Shown here: positions 14,501 to 26,696 of the stretch, one piece after another
How the letters are laid out: each line of letters begins with the position of its first letter
How positions within the stretch are numbered: position 1 is the first letter of the stretch
Source: Octopus sinensis
Lineage: Eukaryota
Direction of reading: 5' to 3'
Length of the DNA: 64,000 nucleotides
Assembly (NCBI RefSeq): GCF_006345805.1
Contig: NC_042999.1
Location: 42,098,001 to 42,162,000, forward strand
The notes under the pieces: generated by a model
Databases searched by the model: none
What the model was told of the DNA's origin: nothing
What the model saw: the letters and a program-made list of their open reading frames with translations, nothing else
Translations under genes and position numbers: made by a program

Positions 14501-14984
14501 ATGGCTATAATGTGACAAGAATATAATGATAGAACAGAGTCGAACAATGAAATTGAGAAATTGAACAAAAAAGAAGAGAGAGAAAGGAAAGTGAAAAAAA
14601 AACTGGAAAGAAAAGTCTTTAAAGTTAGAAGTTAAGATGAGGAGGAAGGAAAGGAGAGGTGAAGAGGAAACGCATAAATATGAACAAAAGATTTAGAAGA
14701 AAAATAATTGTAAGAAAAAAATCTCTTTTTTAAGAATGGACAAAAACAAAAGACGCAATTAATGAACGAATGAATAATTTATACATACATACATACATAC
14801 TTATGTATACAAACATATACATATAAAACAAACACATATAATAAATATTTATACATATACATACAAATATATATATATATATATACATATATAACATACA
14901 TATATATATATACATATATACACAAACACACACATATATCTATATATATATTTAATATATATATATATATATAATATACAATAC

Positions 14985-15358
14985 AACATTGAGGGTAAAA
15001 TTAATTAATTAATCAAGTTCACCAAGTATTCATATCAAAGGACCATTTAAGGTGAATTCAAATTATTACATATATAAAGGGCTTAGTAAAATAAATACTT
15101 TCCCGCATACTGAACTCATTAGAAATAGCAGCTAAAAAACTTTTTTAAAACTATTTCTAATACTTAAAGACTCTCTCTCTCATATAGTGTTTGCCTCAAT
15201 TCAACTCACCCCATATATCGTGAGTTGAATTGAGCAAACACTATATGAGAGAGGTTTTCTTTAAGTATTAGAAATAGTTTTTAAAAAAGTTTTTTGCTGC
15301 TATTTCTAATGAGTCAGTATGCGGCAAAGTAATTTATTTTACTAAGCCCTTTTATATA
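14985..15358. repeat. Fold-back element: ~139-bp inverted arms around a 10-nt loop
   Basis: 15071-15209 is the near-perfect reverse complement of 15220-15358 (ctcaattcaactcac cccatatatc gtgagttgaattgag). It is flanked by (TA)n. Confidence 0.9.
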
Positions 15359-15798
15359 ATATATACATATACATATATACATATACATATATATATATAT
15401 ATACATATATGTGTGAGTGTGTAACAAATATATATTTATATGATATATGAGTAATAACATTCACACATATATGTATGTTTGTATGTTTATCTATACAAAT
15501 AGAAAAAGGATAATGAGATAATTAGAGAAATATGGCAATGCCTTTAAAAGAAAAACGAATGTCTAGAAATTTAAAAGCGGCAGTGTATAAGAAAATGGTG
15601 AAGCTTTAGAGTTCAGAGGCACATTATATTCTATTTTCAACCTATCAAATATCACAATTCAGTTATTGTACTCATTATATATTCCTACTTTTGAAACTAA
15701 AACTTGACTCCATCCTAAAGTAATAATCTCGTACTTTCTCAACCGAATGCAAAATGCGCATAAACACTAAAATACCGGCAGTATTTATAAGATAACAA

Positions 15799-16930
15799 GG
15801 CGGTGAGCTGGCAGAAACGTTAGCACGCCGGGCGGAATGCTTAGCGGTATTTCGTCTGCTGCTACGTTCTGAGTTCCAATTCCGCCGAGGTCGACATTGC
15901 CTTTCATCCTTTCGGGCTCGATAAATTAAGTACCAGTTAAGCACTGGGGTCGATATAATCGACTTAATACCTATGTCTGTCCATGTTTGTCCTCCCTGTG
16001 TTTAGCCCCTCGTGGGTAATAAAGAAATAGGTATTTCGCCTGTCGCTACGTTCTGAATTCAAATTCCGCCGAGGTCAACTTTGCCTTTCATCCTTTGGGG
16101 TTGATTAAATAAGTGCTAGTTACGCACTTGGGAGTCGATGTAATCGACTTAATCCGTCTGTCTGTCCTTGTTTGTCCCCTCTATGTTTAGCCCCTTGTGG
16201 GTAATAAAGAAACAGGTATTTCGTCTGCCGCTACGTTCTGAGTTCAAATTCCGCCGAGGTCGACTTTGCCTTTCATCCTTTCGGGCTCGATAAATTAAGT
16301 ACCAAGTTACGGAGTGGGGTCGATATAATCGACTTAATCTGTTTGTCCGTCCCTGTTTGTCCTCCCTGTGTTCAGCCCCTCGTGGGTTGTAAAGAAATAG
16401 GTATTTCGCCTGTCGTTACGTTCTGAATTCAAATTCTTCCGAGGTCGACTTTGCCTGTCATATTTTCGGGCTCGATAAATTAAGTACCAGTTACGCACTG
16501 GCGTTCATATATAATCGACTTAATCCGTTTGTCTGTCCTTGTTTGTCCACCCTGTGTTTAGCCTCTCGTGGGTAGTAAAGAAATAGGTATTTCGTCTGGC
16601 GCTACGTTCTGAATTCAAATTCTGCCGAGGTCGACTTTGCCTGTCATATTTTCGGGCTCGATAAATTAAGTACCAGTTACGCACTGGGGTTGATATAATC
16701 GACTTAATCCGTTTGTCTGTCCTTGTTTGTCCCCTCTGTGTTTAGCCCCTTGTGGGTAATAAAGAAACAGGTATTTCGTCTGCCGCTACGTTCTGAGTTC
16801 AAATTCCGCCGAGGTCAACTTTGCCTTTCATCCTTTCGAGGTCGATAAATTAAGTACTTGTTGCGTACTGGAGTTGATCTAATCGACTGGCCCCCTCCCC
16901 AAAATTTCCGGCCTGTTCCTAGAGTAGAAT
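15799..16930 (+). mobile_element. Tandem array of SINE family A: 1 headed unit plus 5 headless ~185-bp units
   Basis: Head ggcggtgagctggcagaaacgttagc; junctions aaagaaa(t/c)a|ggtatttcg at ~16030, 16215, 16400, 16586 and 16770; the last unit carries a different tail (type 2). Confidence 0.92.
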
Positions 16931-17661
16931 AGTATTTAGAATAGTAGGCTGTGCTGCTACATCATATTATACTGAAGTTAAATAATTCGAAACATGTCTC
17001 AGAATTTACTCTTTTATTGCAAAGATAAGATTTCCTTGTTTCTAAGAAAGTGATACTTTTGAGAGAATAATTTTTGATTTTTCGATGAGAAACACTCTCA
17101 AGTGCCGCAAGGTTTTCGTCTTCTTTCAACAATTACAATTAATTAAGGAATTTATTTTGCTAACAACTCTCAGTAAATCACCTTTCTCTGAAGGTGAATT
17201 ATTCAAATTTGTGCTATTTGTTTGATTGTGGTGTTTCCCTTGGTTAGTTTTATTTTTAACTTATGCGAACTTTACTGGTTAAAATTTATTTGAAATTCTT
17301 TTCTGTATGTGAAAAAAATAATATTAAGAAATCAACACTTTCTTCGAGTCTGTGTTAAGTTGATGAGGTCTAATAGGTCGAACGATGTAATGTCTTGAGA
17401 GGGTACTTTGGTGTCTCCAGGATAAACAAGGAAACAATTCAATGGACTAGTAAAAACATTCATGTACCCCAATGCTACTGGGAATGGCTTGACTTTTTTT
17501 AAGAGAGTATAATAATTTCCATTCTGATTTTTTTTTTATTTTCTTCCAAATTAAATGTAAATATCATTACCTTATGATTTTGTTATATGGCATTCAGTAT
17601 ATCAATTCGTAACTTGACTGCTGCGCTTTGTTAGTATCCGATGTGGCCAACATCTAAATCT

Positions 17662-17850
17662 GTGGAGGCGCAATGGCCCAGTGGTTAGGGAAGCGGGCTC
17701 GCGGTCGTAAGAACGCAGTTTCGATTCCCAGACCGGGCATTGTGGGTGTTTATTGAGTAAAAACACCTAAGCTCCACGAGGCTCCGATGATTAATCCCGC
17801 TGTACACTTTCACCACAACTTTCTCTCACTCTTTCTTCCTACTTCTGCCA
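17662..17850 (+). mobile_element. SINE family C, 5' part
   Basis: gtggaggcgcaatggcccagtggttaggg...tttcgattcccagaccggg...caccacaactttctctcactc. Confidence 0.8.
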
Positions 17851-18942
17851 CAAAATGGTGTAACCCACTATGGTGTGGTAAACTTTCAGACCCTAATCTA
17901 GATTGCCAATCTTCTGTACCCCATGATGGTTCAACCATCCACCCGTTAAAAGCCACCGTTTACGGAAGAGAATAACAACGTAGCTTTCGCGCCCGTGCAA
18001 CCGCCAGTCTATGGCGTGTGGTGGGTGGATCTTCAAGTTGCCACACACATTCTTAGTAGCTTAGAGGAGGCTCGAATTAGAGATTATTCTTTGTGGCTAA
18101 TGGCATGAGTCCTGATTAGAAGAACACCGATACAGCTAGCGACAGTAGATTGGCGAAAATGAAACACGTTCAAACTGTCAAAGTGGCATTTTGTATGCTA
18201 AATATGACGAAATGTCCAGCGTAGTTCTCGACCAGGTAGAAGTACCGAATATCCTGGATTGTTGAGTACTATTGTACTTCCATGGGGAGTGGCAAAGGCT
18301 ATACAACAACAACTATTACTACTACTACTACTACTACTATTACTACTACTACTACTACAATAACCTAAATTATTAAATTCACATGTCGCACCTGCTCTTG
18401 TCAGTGGGCAAAGAAGTGAGCAAAGTTGCGTACTTTTAACTCAAGTCTCTATGCAATGTGTATAACTTAGCAATGAAATGAATGTGATATAGTAGTAGTA
18501 ATGTAACTGAAACCCGAAATCAAAATTTTAGTACTGGAATTTAATCGTTTCGAAGATTTTTCTTTAAACTTCAATACTGAACGCAATATCTTGTAACTAA
18601 TCATAAGCCCTTCTCTCTACAACCACCATCAGATTTTGATGGAAGAGAAAATTAAATCAGGTACTGTTTGATGAAATAGGATACAATAATAACTGAGTGA
18701 ATTAGTTTCAAACAGGATACGAAATAAGCAAGTGAACTCTGCTCGTTATGATCTCATACAACCCAAGGCGTTTGCTACAAGAATTTTCATCATCACAGTA
18801 TTTTCATACATCCCCACAGTCCCTTGCGTATTAATCACGATATAACTGAGAAAGGCTCTTGCAAATAATAGGTCTATCGTTTTGAAATATTTGAATTAAA
18901 ATTAAAATGTAATATGTAAGATATTCATGAATATTTTATATA

Positions 18943-20441
18943 CAAAGGTAGGCTGAAAAGTTCATAAGCTGACAATGAAGGAGTGAGGCTAGAGCTGTGA
19001 AATCCTGCATGCATTAAATTTCAACCCTTCTTATATATAACTGCATTGTTTCTTTCTAAGTAAACTAACGTATCATTCTTCTAAGAAGACTCAAAAATAA
19101 CTAGTGGTGACTTCCCTTGAAAATTGACAAACTTTGGCATAGTGGTGTTATCAAATACCTGCAAAAAATTATTTAACCCGCAACGACATTCATGCTAATA
19201 TGGTTGCTACGCTAGTGGATGCCTTTCCACCTTTATCAACAGTGCAAAGGTGGGCAGCTGAACTTAAAAGGGAAACGGAGAATCTTGAAGATGACCCAAG
19301 GCTTGGACGTCCTGCAACTACCACCACAGAGGAAAACATTCACCATGTTCGCTACATGGTGATGGATGACAGGCAATTCACAATAAATCAAATAGCCAAT
19401 TCTATTTGCATATACCGTGAGAGAGTTGAGAATATTTTGCAAAATGAACTTGGCAAGAAGAGGGCTACTGTTTGGTGGGTATCTTATATTCTGACACCTG
19501 ACCAAAAGCACACCAGGCTCATCGCATCACAGGATAAGTCTGACATATCTCAAGGCAGATCCAGCTGCTTTCCTTGAACGTTTCCTAACCCAGAATGAGT
19601 GTTGGATTCATCATTTTGAGCAAGAAACAAAGAAACAATCCATGTAGAGGAAACACCCCCACCCCTTCACCTGCTCCAAAGAAGGCCAAGATCGTTTTAT
19701 CTGCAAGATCATTTCATCTGGAACGTGATGGTCTCAATTTTTTGGCGGGATGTTTATTGATTATCTTCAAAAGGGCCACACCATCAATAAAGAGTGCTAT
19801 GTCAACTTGCTGAGACAGTTACGAAAATCTAATCTATCGAGACCAAATGTCCAGAAAAACTGACGAAAGCGATCTTATTTCATCAGGACAGTGTTTCAGC
19901 ACACAAGTCCTTAGTTTCAATAGTTACTGCTCATGACTGTGACTTTCAGATGGTTCATCATTCTCTGTATTCTCCTCATTTCTCCACATCTCACTATCAT
20001 CTGTCCTCCAACATGAACGAACACTTGGCTAGAGCAGTATTACAGTGATAATAACGTTTTTGACCAACAGGATGAAAGTTTCTTTACCAATAGGATCCAA
20101 GCACTGCAACATCGATGGAGGAATTGTAGTAGTTGTTGTTGTTAAGCAACAAGACGCGTAAGGGTGATTAGGTGATGGTCTAGGGCTTAGGGGCGGGAGA
20201 CCCCAGACCTGGAAAAAAAAGATTTGGTCGTCTTGTTGTAGTTGAGGGCTCTTCGTTGACGCCCGACACCACTGGGAGATGGCTCTCAAAGTCGCTGGAA
20301 ATGGAGATCTCCAGGTCCAAATTCTTGGACGGCGAGGAATTGTATGGATCACAAAGGGAACTATGTAGAAAAATAAACCTCATTTGATCACATTTAATAA
20401 GAGTGTTTTGGTCAGCCTATGAACTTTTCTTCCGACTCTCG
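18943..20441 (+). mobile_element. Mariner (DD34D-type) DNA transposon relic, near full length
   Basis: TIRs caaaggtaggctgaaaagttcataagctgac / gtcagcctatgaacttttcttccgactctcg with TA on both sides. The broken transposase reads STVQRWAAELKR, EDDPRLGRP, WVSYILT (WVPRLL-like), CWIHHFE, HQDSVSAH, YSPH and KGNYVEK*. Confidence 0.92.
20129..20333 (-). mobile_element. 5'-truncated retroposon (LINE 3' end) nested in mariner
   Basis: 11-bp TSD gaggaattgta (20118-20128 / 20334-20344) and an (AAC)n tail on the minus strand. Removing the insert restores the transposase C-terminus. Confidence 0.85.
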
Positions 20442-21575
20442 TAATAAGCTGTAGGAAAAAAAGGATGAAGCAAATATTTACTACCAACAGAAACTAACAA
20501 GTATTTCCTAACAACATGTATCAGATGCTAAATGTGCCTCATATCTTTAAAGTGGGTCATTATTGATTTGCCAAAGTGCCTTGCGTTGGCAAAAGTCTTA
20601 TAAAAACGGATACATGCCATAAGGTTTTTTATTTTATTTTCCAGTTGGTTTTATCATAAAGATAAATATATTCCTGCGATTTTCTAACCTTTAGGATAAG
20701 GGAATTAAAATTACGATCAACGAAATAAAATCTAGAGCCAAAACCCAAAAGCCCGCATCAGAATTTATTACTGTTAAAACATACAATATCAACATTAATA
20801 AATTGTGAAATCTGAAATACAGCGCTGGCACTATGAAGATTTTTGTCCTTAAGGCAAGATATTGAGCCATACATGCCTAAGGTTTTGTACTTCATTAAGA
20901 AATTATTGTTTCGTATTCTATGTATACCATTGCATTTTTCTACTACTTGGGATATTATTTGAGACTGTCACTGTTGTGTTTTGTTGATAATAAAGTTGAT
21001 GATAATGATGTTTCTATTGTTGTTGATGTTATTGTTATGCAAACTACAGCAGTAGCTGCAGTGGGAATAGTTATTGTTGCCAAAATAATGCAGCTTACAA
21101 GCCAACATCTATTTTCATACAACCCTAGTTTTTATTCTGATTTCTGCCAAGTAATCTCCGTTAATTATACCCTCAGTCTTTCGCTATGTGGTATTATCTA
21201 TATTTGCCTATCTGTCAACATATATATGTATCAATCGAGTTGTGTTAGAGAAAGAGGAAGACAGGGAAGGGGAGAGATATGGAGAGAACATTTATTTGTG
21301 TGTCAGATATTTTGCGCACGCTCGTGTTTGTTAATAAATGTGTATGTGTAAGTCTGTGTGTTTCTGAACATTGATCTAGATATTATTCAGGAATATTGTA
21401 GTTATATGTATGAATTCTTGTATATCATAATTGCACACTTATATATATACGTCCTTGCATGTATACATAGGCACAAACTTACGTACAGGCATACTTGCAG
21501 AATTAGGATGTATGAGTCCAGGCTAAATTTAAGGACATTCTATATCTCCTTTTTTCGAGAAAAGTGTTGAAGAGC

Positions 21576-21759
21576 TGTTATATCGCAATACTACACAGTG
21601 GCTGTGTGAGCTACGAAATCATCGTCGCCACTGTTATGTCGCACGTTCGGATGCCTCCTACTCAACTCTTCTCTTCTGCTCTCAACTCCTGACGGTTAGG
21701 CTTCTCCCTATGTATCTACGTATTGGGCTAGCCTACTTCATCGTCTGGGGGTGCCAACA
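21576..21759. mobile_element. Solo-LTR-like insertion (TGTT...AACA)
   Basis: Absent from the paralogous site near 23945 (gaagagc|ataaag). It is flanked by gaagagc / caagagc. Confidence 0.45.
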
Positions 21760-21839
21760 CAAGAGCATAACGATTTGAGAAAAGCTAGTTGAGAAAAGTT
21801 AGCTGACATGAAGGACGTGTACCCATCTTATTATAGAAA

Positions 21840-22579
21840 GGTTTGCCTGTATCATGTTGATTCGTACCGGCTTTCGAAATGTCGACAAGACAACTTCTGC
21901 ACAATTCTCTGTGAACACTGTAAATGCTGTAAAGTATGACATAGAGAACTGCAACAGAGACATAGAAAGCCGTGACCAGCAGGACGGGACGTAGTAGGCG
22001 CTCTGACTACGTACTCTCGCCAGAATCTATCCCCACATCTTTGAAGAGAGCCTCTGGCTCAATCTAGACGGCTATGTGAAACTGCTGGAAGCTGTGATCA
22101 AATCCTGAGTGGAAAGGGTTGCTGTTGTAAGCTCATATGTGTGTCAGAAGTATTTGGCTTCTTGGTATACCTCCGAAAAGAGTGAGAAGTGGTTGTCTGA
22201 ATATTACTCCGACTTTACTAGCCCCAATTTCTGGCCTCTTAATTCCTTTGATTGTAATCTCATGGATTACTATGTGTGGGGCGTTGTTGAGAAAAACACC
22301 AACTGCTCTGCCTGCAACATGGAAGCCAATCTATGGTCAGGATCAAAGCATTGTTTGAAGACGCCCACAGGGATACAGTGGGAAATGCATGCGCCATGTT
22401 CCGGAGTCGTCTTGAGGCTGCGATGGAAGCTGTCGACAGCTACTCTGAGTAACCTTTTATATCCCGGCCACAATCTAGTTGACAATTTTATTTATATTTT
22501 TAAATACTTATGTTTTTGGATGATATATTGCATTTTCTTTTCCTTTTATACAAACTGTCAACTTTAGCTCGATAACTAT
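21840..22579 (+). mobile_element. Tc1/mariner (DD37D/maT-like) transposase C-terminal relic
   Basis: ORF 22109-22567 contains FWPLNSFDCNLMDYYVWGVVEK (WPPNSPDLNPxDY motif), followed by a frameshifted ACAMFRSRLEA. Confidence 0.8.
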
Positions 22580-22915
22580 GTATATACATATATACAAACG
22601 TATGCATACACGCGCACGTACTTACGCACATGCATATTTATATGCCTGTATATACAAATGCTTATATGCACGTATGTATATATTTATGTGCGTGTGTATT
22701 GTTGTTGTATGTTTGTATGTTTGTGTTAGTGGTTACAAAAGAACGAGATGGTACTTAATATACTAAGCAGAATGTTTAATTTGAGCAACTGAAACCAACA
22801 CAGACCGTCGTTTGCAGTCTATTTACACACAAAAAAAAATGCTGCAGAGTTCATATGACCATCAAATTGGAATAACTAATACATCCCTTCAATGAATAAA
22901 TACAAAACTGTAATA

Positions 22916-23077
22916 GGCGCAGGAGTGGCTGTGTGGTAAGTAGCATGCTAACCAACCACATGGTTCCGGGTTCAGTCCCACTGCGTGGCATCTTGGGCAA
23001 GTGTCTTCTGCTATAGCCCCGGGCCGACCAATGCCTTGTGAGTGGATTTGGTAGAGGGAAACTGAAAGAAGCCTGTC

Positions 23078-23129
<52 letters not shown>

Positions 23130-23341
23130 TTGTGCGTCTGTGTTTGTCCCCCTAGCATTGCTTGACAACCGATGCTGGTGTGTTTACGTCCCCGTAACTT
23201 AGCGGTTCGGTAAAAGAGACCGATAGAATAAGTACTGGGCTTACAAAGAATAAGTCCCGGGGTCGATTTGCTCGACTAAAAGGCGGTGCTCCAGCATGGC
23301 CGCAGTCAAATGACTGAAACAAGTAAAAGAGTAAAAGAGTA
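22916..23341 (+). mobile_element. SINE family B, full length (CORE-like, internal microsatellite)
   Basis: Head ggcgcaggagtggctgtgtggtaag...gggttcagtccc; CORE-like ggcatcttgggcaagtgtctt; internal (TA)n(TG)n; tail gtaaaagagtaaaagagt. Confidence 0.92.
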
Positions 23342-23585
23342 ATGGTAACTGAAACAACACAAACCTTGTTTTCTTCTTGTGTTGTCAGGAAGATTACAGA
23401 CATTAACATAAACTTTTTATATTTTGCGCAGTAGGAATTACAGTCGATAGATCGAGGGAGATTAACATGCAACAGAAAGTAACGTGTATGTGTAAGTCTA
23501 TGTGTTTCTGAACATTGATCTAGTTATTATTCAGAAATATTGTAGATATGTGTATGAATTCTAGTATATAATGATCGCACACTTA

Positions 23586-23808
23586 TAGTAATCCCTCACC
23601 ATATTGCGGTTCATTTATTGCGGTTTATTATTTAAGCTTACATCAATTCCTCCGTCGTGTTCTTTTGCATTTACAATAAAGTAAATATATAAAAATTACA
23701 AAAATAATTTTTAAATATATAAAGTACGTACTATTTCTACTTCGCGGATTTTCACCAATCGCAGGGGAGTTATGGAACGTAATACTCGCGATAGTCCATG
23801 GATTACTG
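23586..23808. mobile_element. pogo/Tigger-type MITE
   Basis: Imperfect TIRs (c>t)agtaatccctcaccatattgcgg / cgcgatagtccatggattactg with a TA TSD. The empty paralogous site is at ~21440. Confidence 0.75.
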
Positions 23809-24607
23809 TATATACATATACATCGTTGCATGTATGTACAGACATACTTACAGAGTGTGGATGTATGTGTTCAGACTAAATTTAAGGGTATCCAATTTCA
23901 CCTTTTTTCAGTAACAGCTTGTTGTATTAGTAAACAGTCAAAAGTACTGAAGAGCATAAAGATTAAATCTGTAATTGAAAAAAGCGTTAGCTGACATGAA
24001 AGGCAGTCTGATAAAAGATACAATAGATACTGAGGAAATATGGAGAAGACATAGGGACCGAGTAATGATGGTGACACACTGGCATAGTCATTAATTTTTC
24101 TTGTGTCCTAAGTACATACATTCAGTTGCTCAGCTTTAAATAGAACAATAACACAAAGCTATCAATCCGATTCTGTAACGACTCTGCCAATACAGAAATA
24201 GTGAGTTTATGAAAATCCACAAAACAGCCGAAGTAAGATGGCCGAAACAATAGGTCACCTCAATCAATTTGATTACTAACTGTGCACCACCATTTTAGTT
24301 TGGTCGTTAGAATGAAGCAGATCCTTTGTGACATATTGTGGATCAGGCGAAAAACAATATTACCATCATTCCCTTTCAGATGATCAAACCCAAAAGGTCT
24401 TTAAATATTTACTGCAAAAACCAGGTACATCCACTCAAAATTTCATCGCCCTTAACTGCGGGATGCAGTTTTATATAACAAGCTAGAATTTGTTGAAGGA
24501 TGTCATGCTTGAAACAAATTTTTGTTAAGATATGTCAAATTTATAAAGGTAACGTGGCTTGCAGAAAATACCAATTGTATTTTTTGGTAGATATTTCATA
24601 TCATTAC

Positions 24608-24906
24608 GTGGAGGCGCAATGGCCCAGTGGTTAGGTTAGCGGTTGTAGGATCGCGATTTCGATTCCCAGACCGGGCGTTGTGAGTATTTATTGAGCGAAA
24701 ACACCTAAAGTTCCACGAGGCTCCGGCAGGGGGGGGCGAACACTGCTGTACTCTTCGCCACAGCTTTCTCTCACTCTTTCTTCTGTTGGCTTACTCGCTT
24801 AGCCAGCAGGGTGGCGTCATTTGAAGGCTAAAAGAATGCGAAGCGCATTGCGACCAGCGATGTATAGCAACATCTGATAGCCTGGTCGGTAACGGTGGTC
24901 ACGGTG
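24608..24906 (+). mobile_element. SINE with family C head and an alternative tail (C')
   Basis: C head with a unique tail ending tgatagcctggtcggtaacggtggtcacggtg; 15-bp TSD atttc(a/t)tatcattac (24593-24607 / 24907-24921). Confidence 0.8.
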
Positions 24907-25197
24907 ATTTCTTATCATTACAGGAATAACCATGAAACTGAAATTCGTTGTTAAAGAGTTCAGATATAAAGTACTAAGGGATATAAATGCTATTCAAATC
25001 TAAATATACAGAATTAATAAGGAAATATGAAATATTCGAGCGTTTGATATAAGATGTTTAAAAGGAAAAATTTCCCCCACTTTACAAAAATGTATTCATA
25101 TAGTCTGATCGTTAGGATGAAGCAGATCCTTTGTTACGTATTCTAGATCAGGCGAAAAGCAATATTACCATCACTCCCTTTCAAATGATCACGCCCA

Positions 25198-25600
25198 GGC
25201 GTAGGAGTGGCTGTGTGGTAAGTAGCTTGCTTACGAACCACATGGTTCTGGGTTCAGTCCCACTACTTGGCACCTTGGGCAAGTGTCTTCTACTACAGCC
25301 TCGTGTGTGTATTTTGGTAGACGGAAACTGAAAGAAACCCGTCGTATATATGTATATGTATTTATATGTATGTGCGTGTGTATACGTTTGTGTGTCTGTG
25401 TTTTTTCCCCCCAAACATCGCTTGACAACTGATACTGGTGTGTTTACGTGCCCGTAACTTAGCGGTTCGGCAAAGAGATCCGATAGAATAAGTACTAGGC
25501 TTACAAAGAATAAGACATGGGGTCGATTTGCTCGACTAAAGGCGATGCTCCAGCATGGCCACAGTCAAATGATTGAAACAAGTAAAAGAGTAAAAGAGTA
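25198..25600 (+). mobile_element. SINE family B, full length with internal deletion
   Basis: Matches 22916-23341. Confidence 0.9.
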
Positions 25601-25720
25601 TATGTGTTGCATGTTGTATATTGTCTTATTTAAGTTAATAACACTTACCTACTGTACTTATTGAGCTTTTCATTCTCATTTCAGTATTATCATCCACGCC
25701 GTCATATCGAACACATTCAC

Positions 25721-25724
<4 letters not shown>

Positions 25725-25764
<40 letters not shown>

Positions 25765-25855
25765 ACAACAACAAAGTCATCGATACCATCGTGACTTGTT
25801 ATTACTATTGTGTTCATTATTACCAATGCTGCTGCTGCTGCTGCTACTACTACTC

Positions 25856-25900
<45 letters not shown>

Positions 25901-26140
25901 ATTCTACTACTACTACTAACACTCCTTCGGTTTCGATTTCATATGTAAGAATTTTAATAATAATAATAATAATAACAATAATAATAATAACAACAACAAC
26001 AACAACAACAATAATACTAATAATAATAATAATAACAATAATAATAATAACAACAACAACAACAACAACAATAATACTAATAATAATAATAATAACAATA
26101 ATAATAATAATAACAACAACAATTATAATAATAATAGTAA
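25725..26140. repeat. Compound trinucleotide microsatellites (CAT, CAA, GCT, ACT, AAT)
   Basis: Directly visible. Confidence 0.95.
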
Positions 26141-26696
26141 AATGAAATGAAATTACAGACTATTTCTAGAATGTTTTATTTTTCTACATGACTGCTTGCT
26201 AAGACTCTAACAACTTATGCTTGACGTTTTAAAACAGGTGAGGCAAATTAGATACAATTTTAACAACTAAATTACAAAAAAACTAATAAATGAATAAAAT
26301 TGTTTTCCTATCCTATCCTCCGTAAACAAATATCTTTGTTATTTTTATTTATTGTTTTACATCCCACATTTATTTTATATATTATTTCTACTTATTTGTT
26401 ACCTTATTATCCTATTATATTAAATTTACTCCGATATAATTTTAACTTATTTGTTTAAAGATTATTGCTTGGTCTGTAGAGCAATTTGAATGCATTTATA
26501 TTAGAATAGAGTTTGGCTTCTGTTTTTTTTTTATGTAACACAATAGAAATATATTTCATCTAGAACTCTTATTTTCTGTCTTATTTCTATCTGTGGGTTT
26601 GTATGTGTGTGTTGGAAGGTGTCCATTTGTGCTTGCTTGTCTTCATTCGTCTGGGTTTGGTTTTTAAGAATCATTTTCATTATTTGCTTAAGTAAA

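Noticed and set aside
13954-14568. 204-aa F/S/L-rich ORF and the opposite K/R/E-rich ORF
   Set aside because: Both are translations of (AAG/GAAA)n and (TA)n tracts.
15799-16930. CRISPR-like regular array
   Set aside because: Units are ~185-bp SINE bodies with no unique spacers, there are no cas genes, and the context is eukaryotic.
22916-22990. tRNA genes at SINE heads (also 6141, 15799, 31048, 58087)
   Set aside because: They have A/B boxes but no complete cloverleaf or acceptor stem, and they continue into SINE bodies with TSDs.
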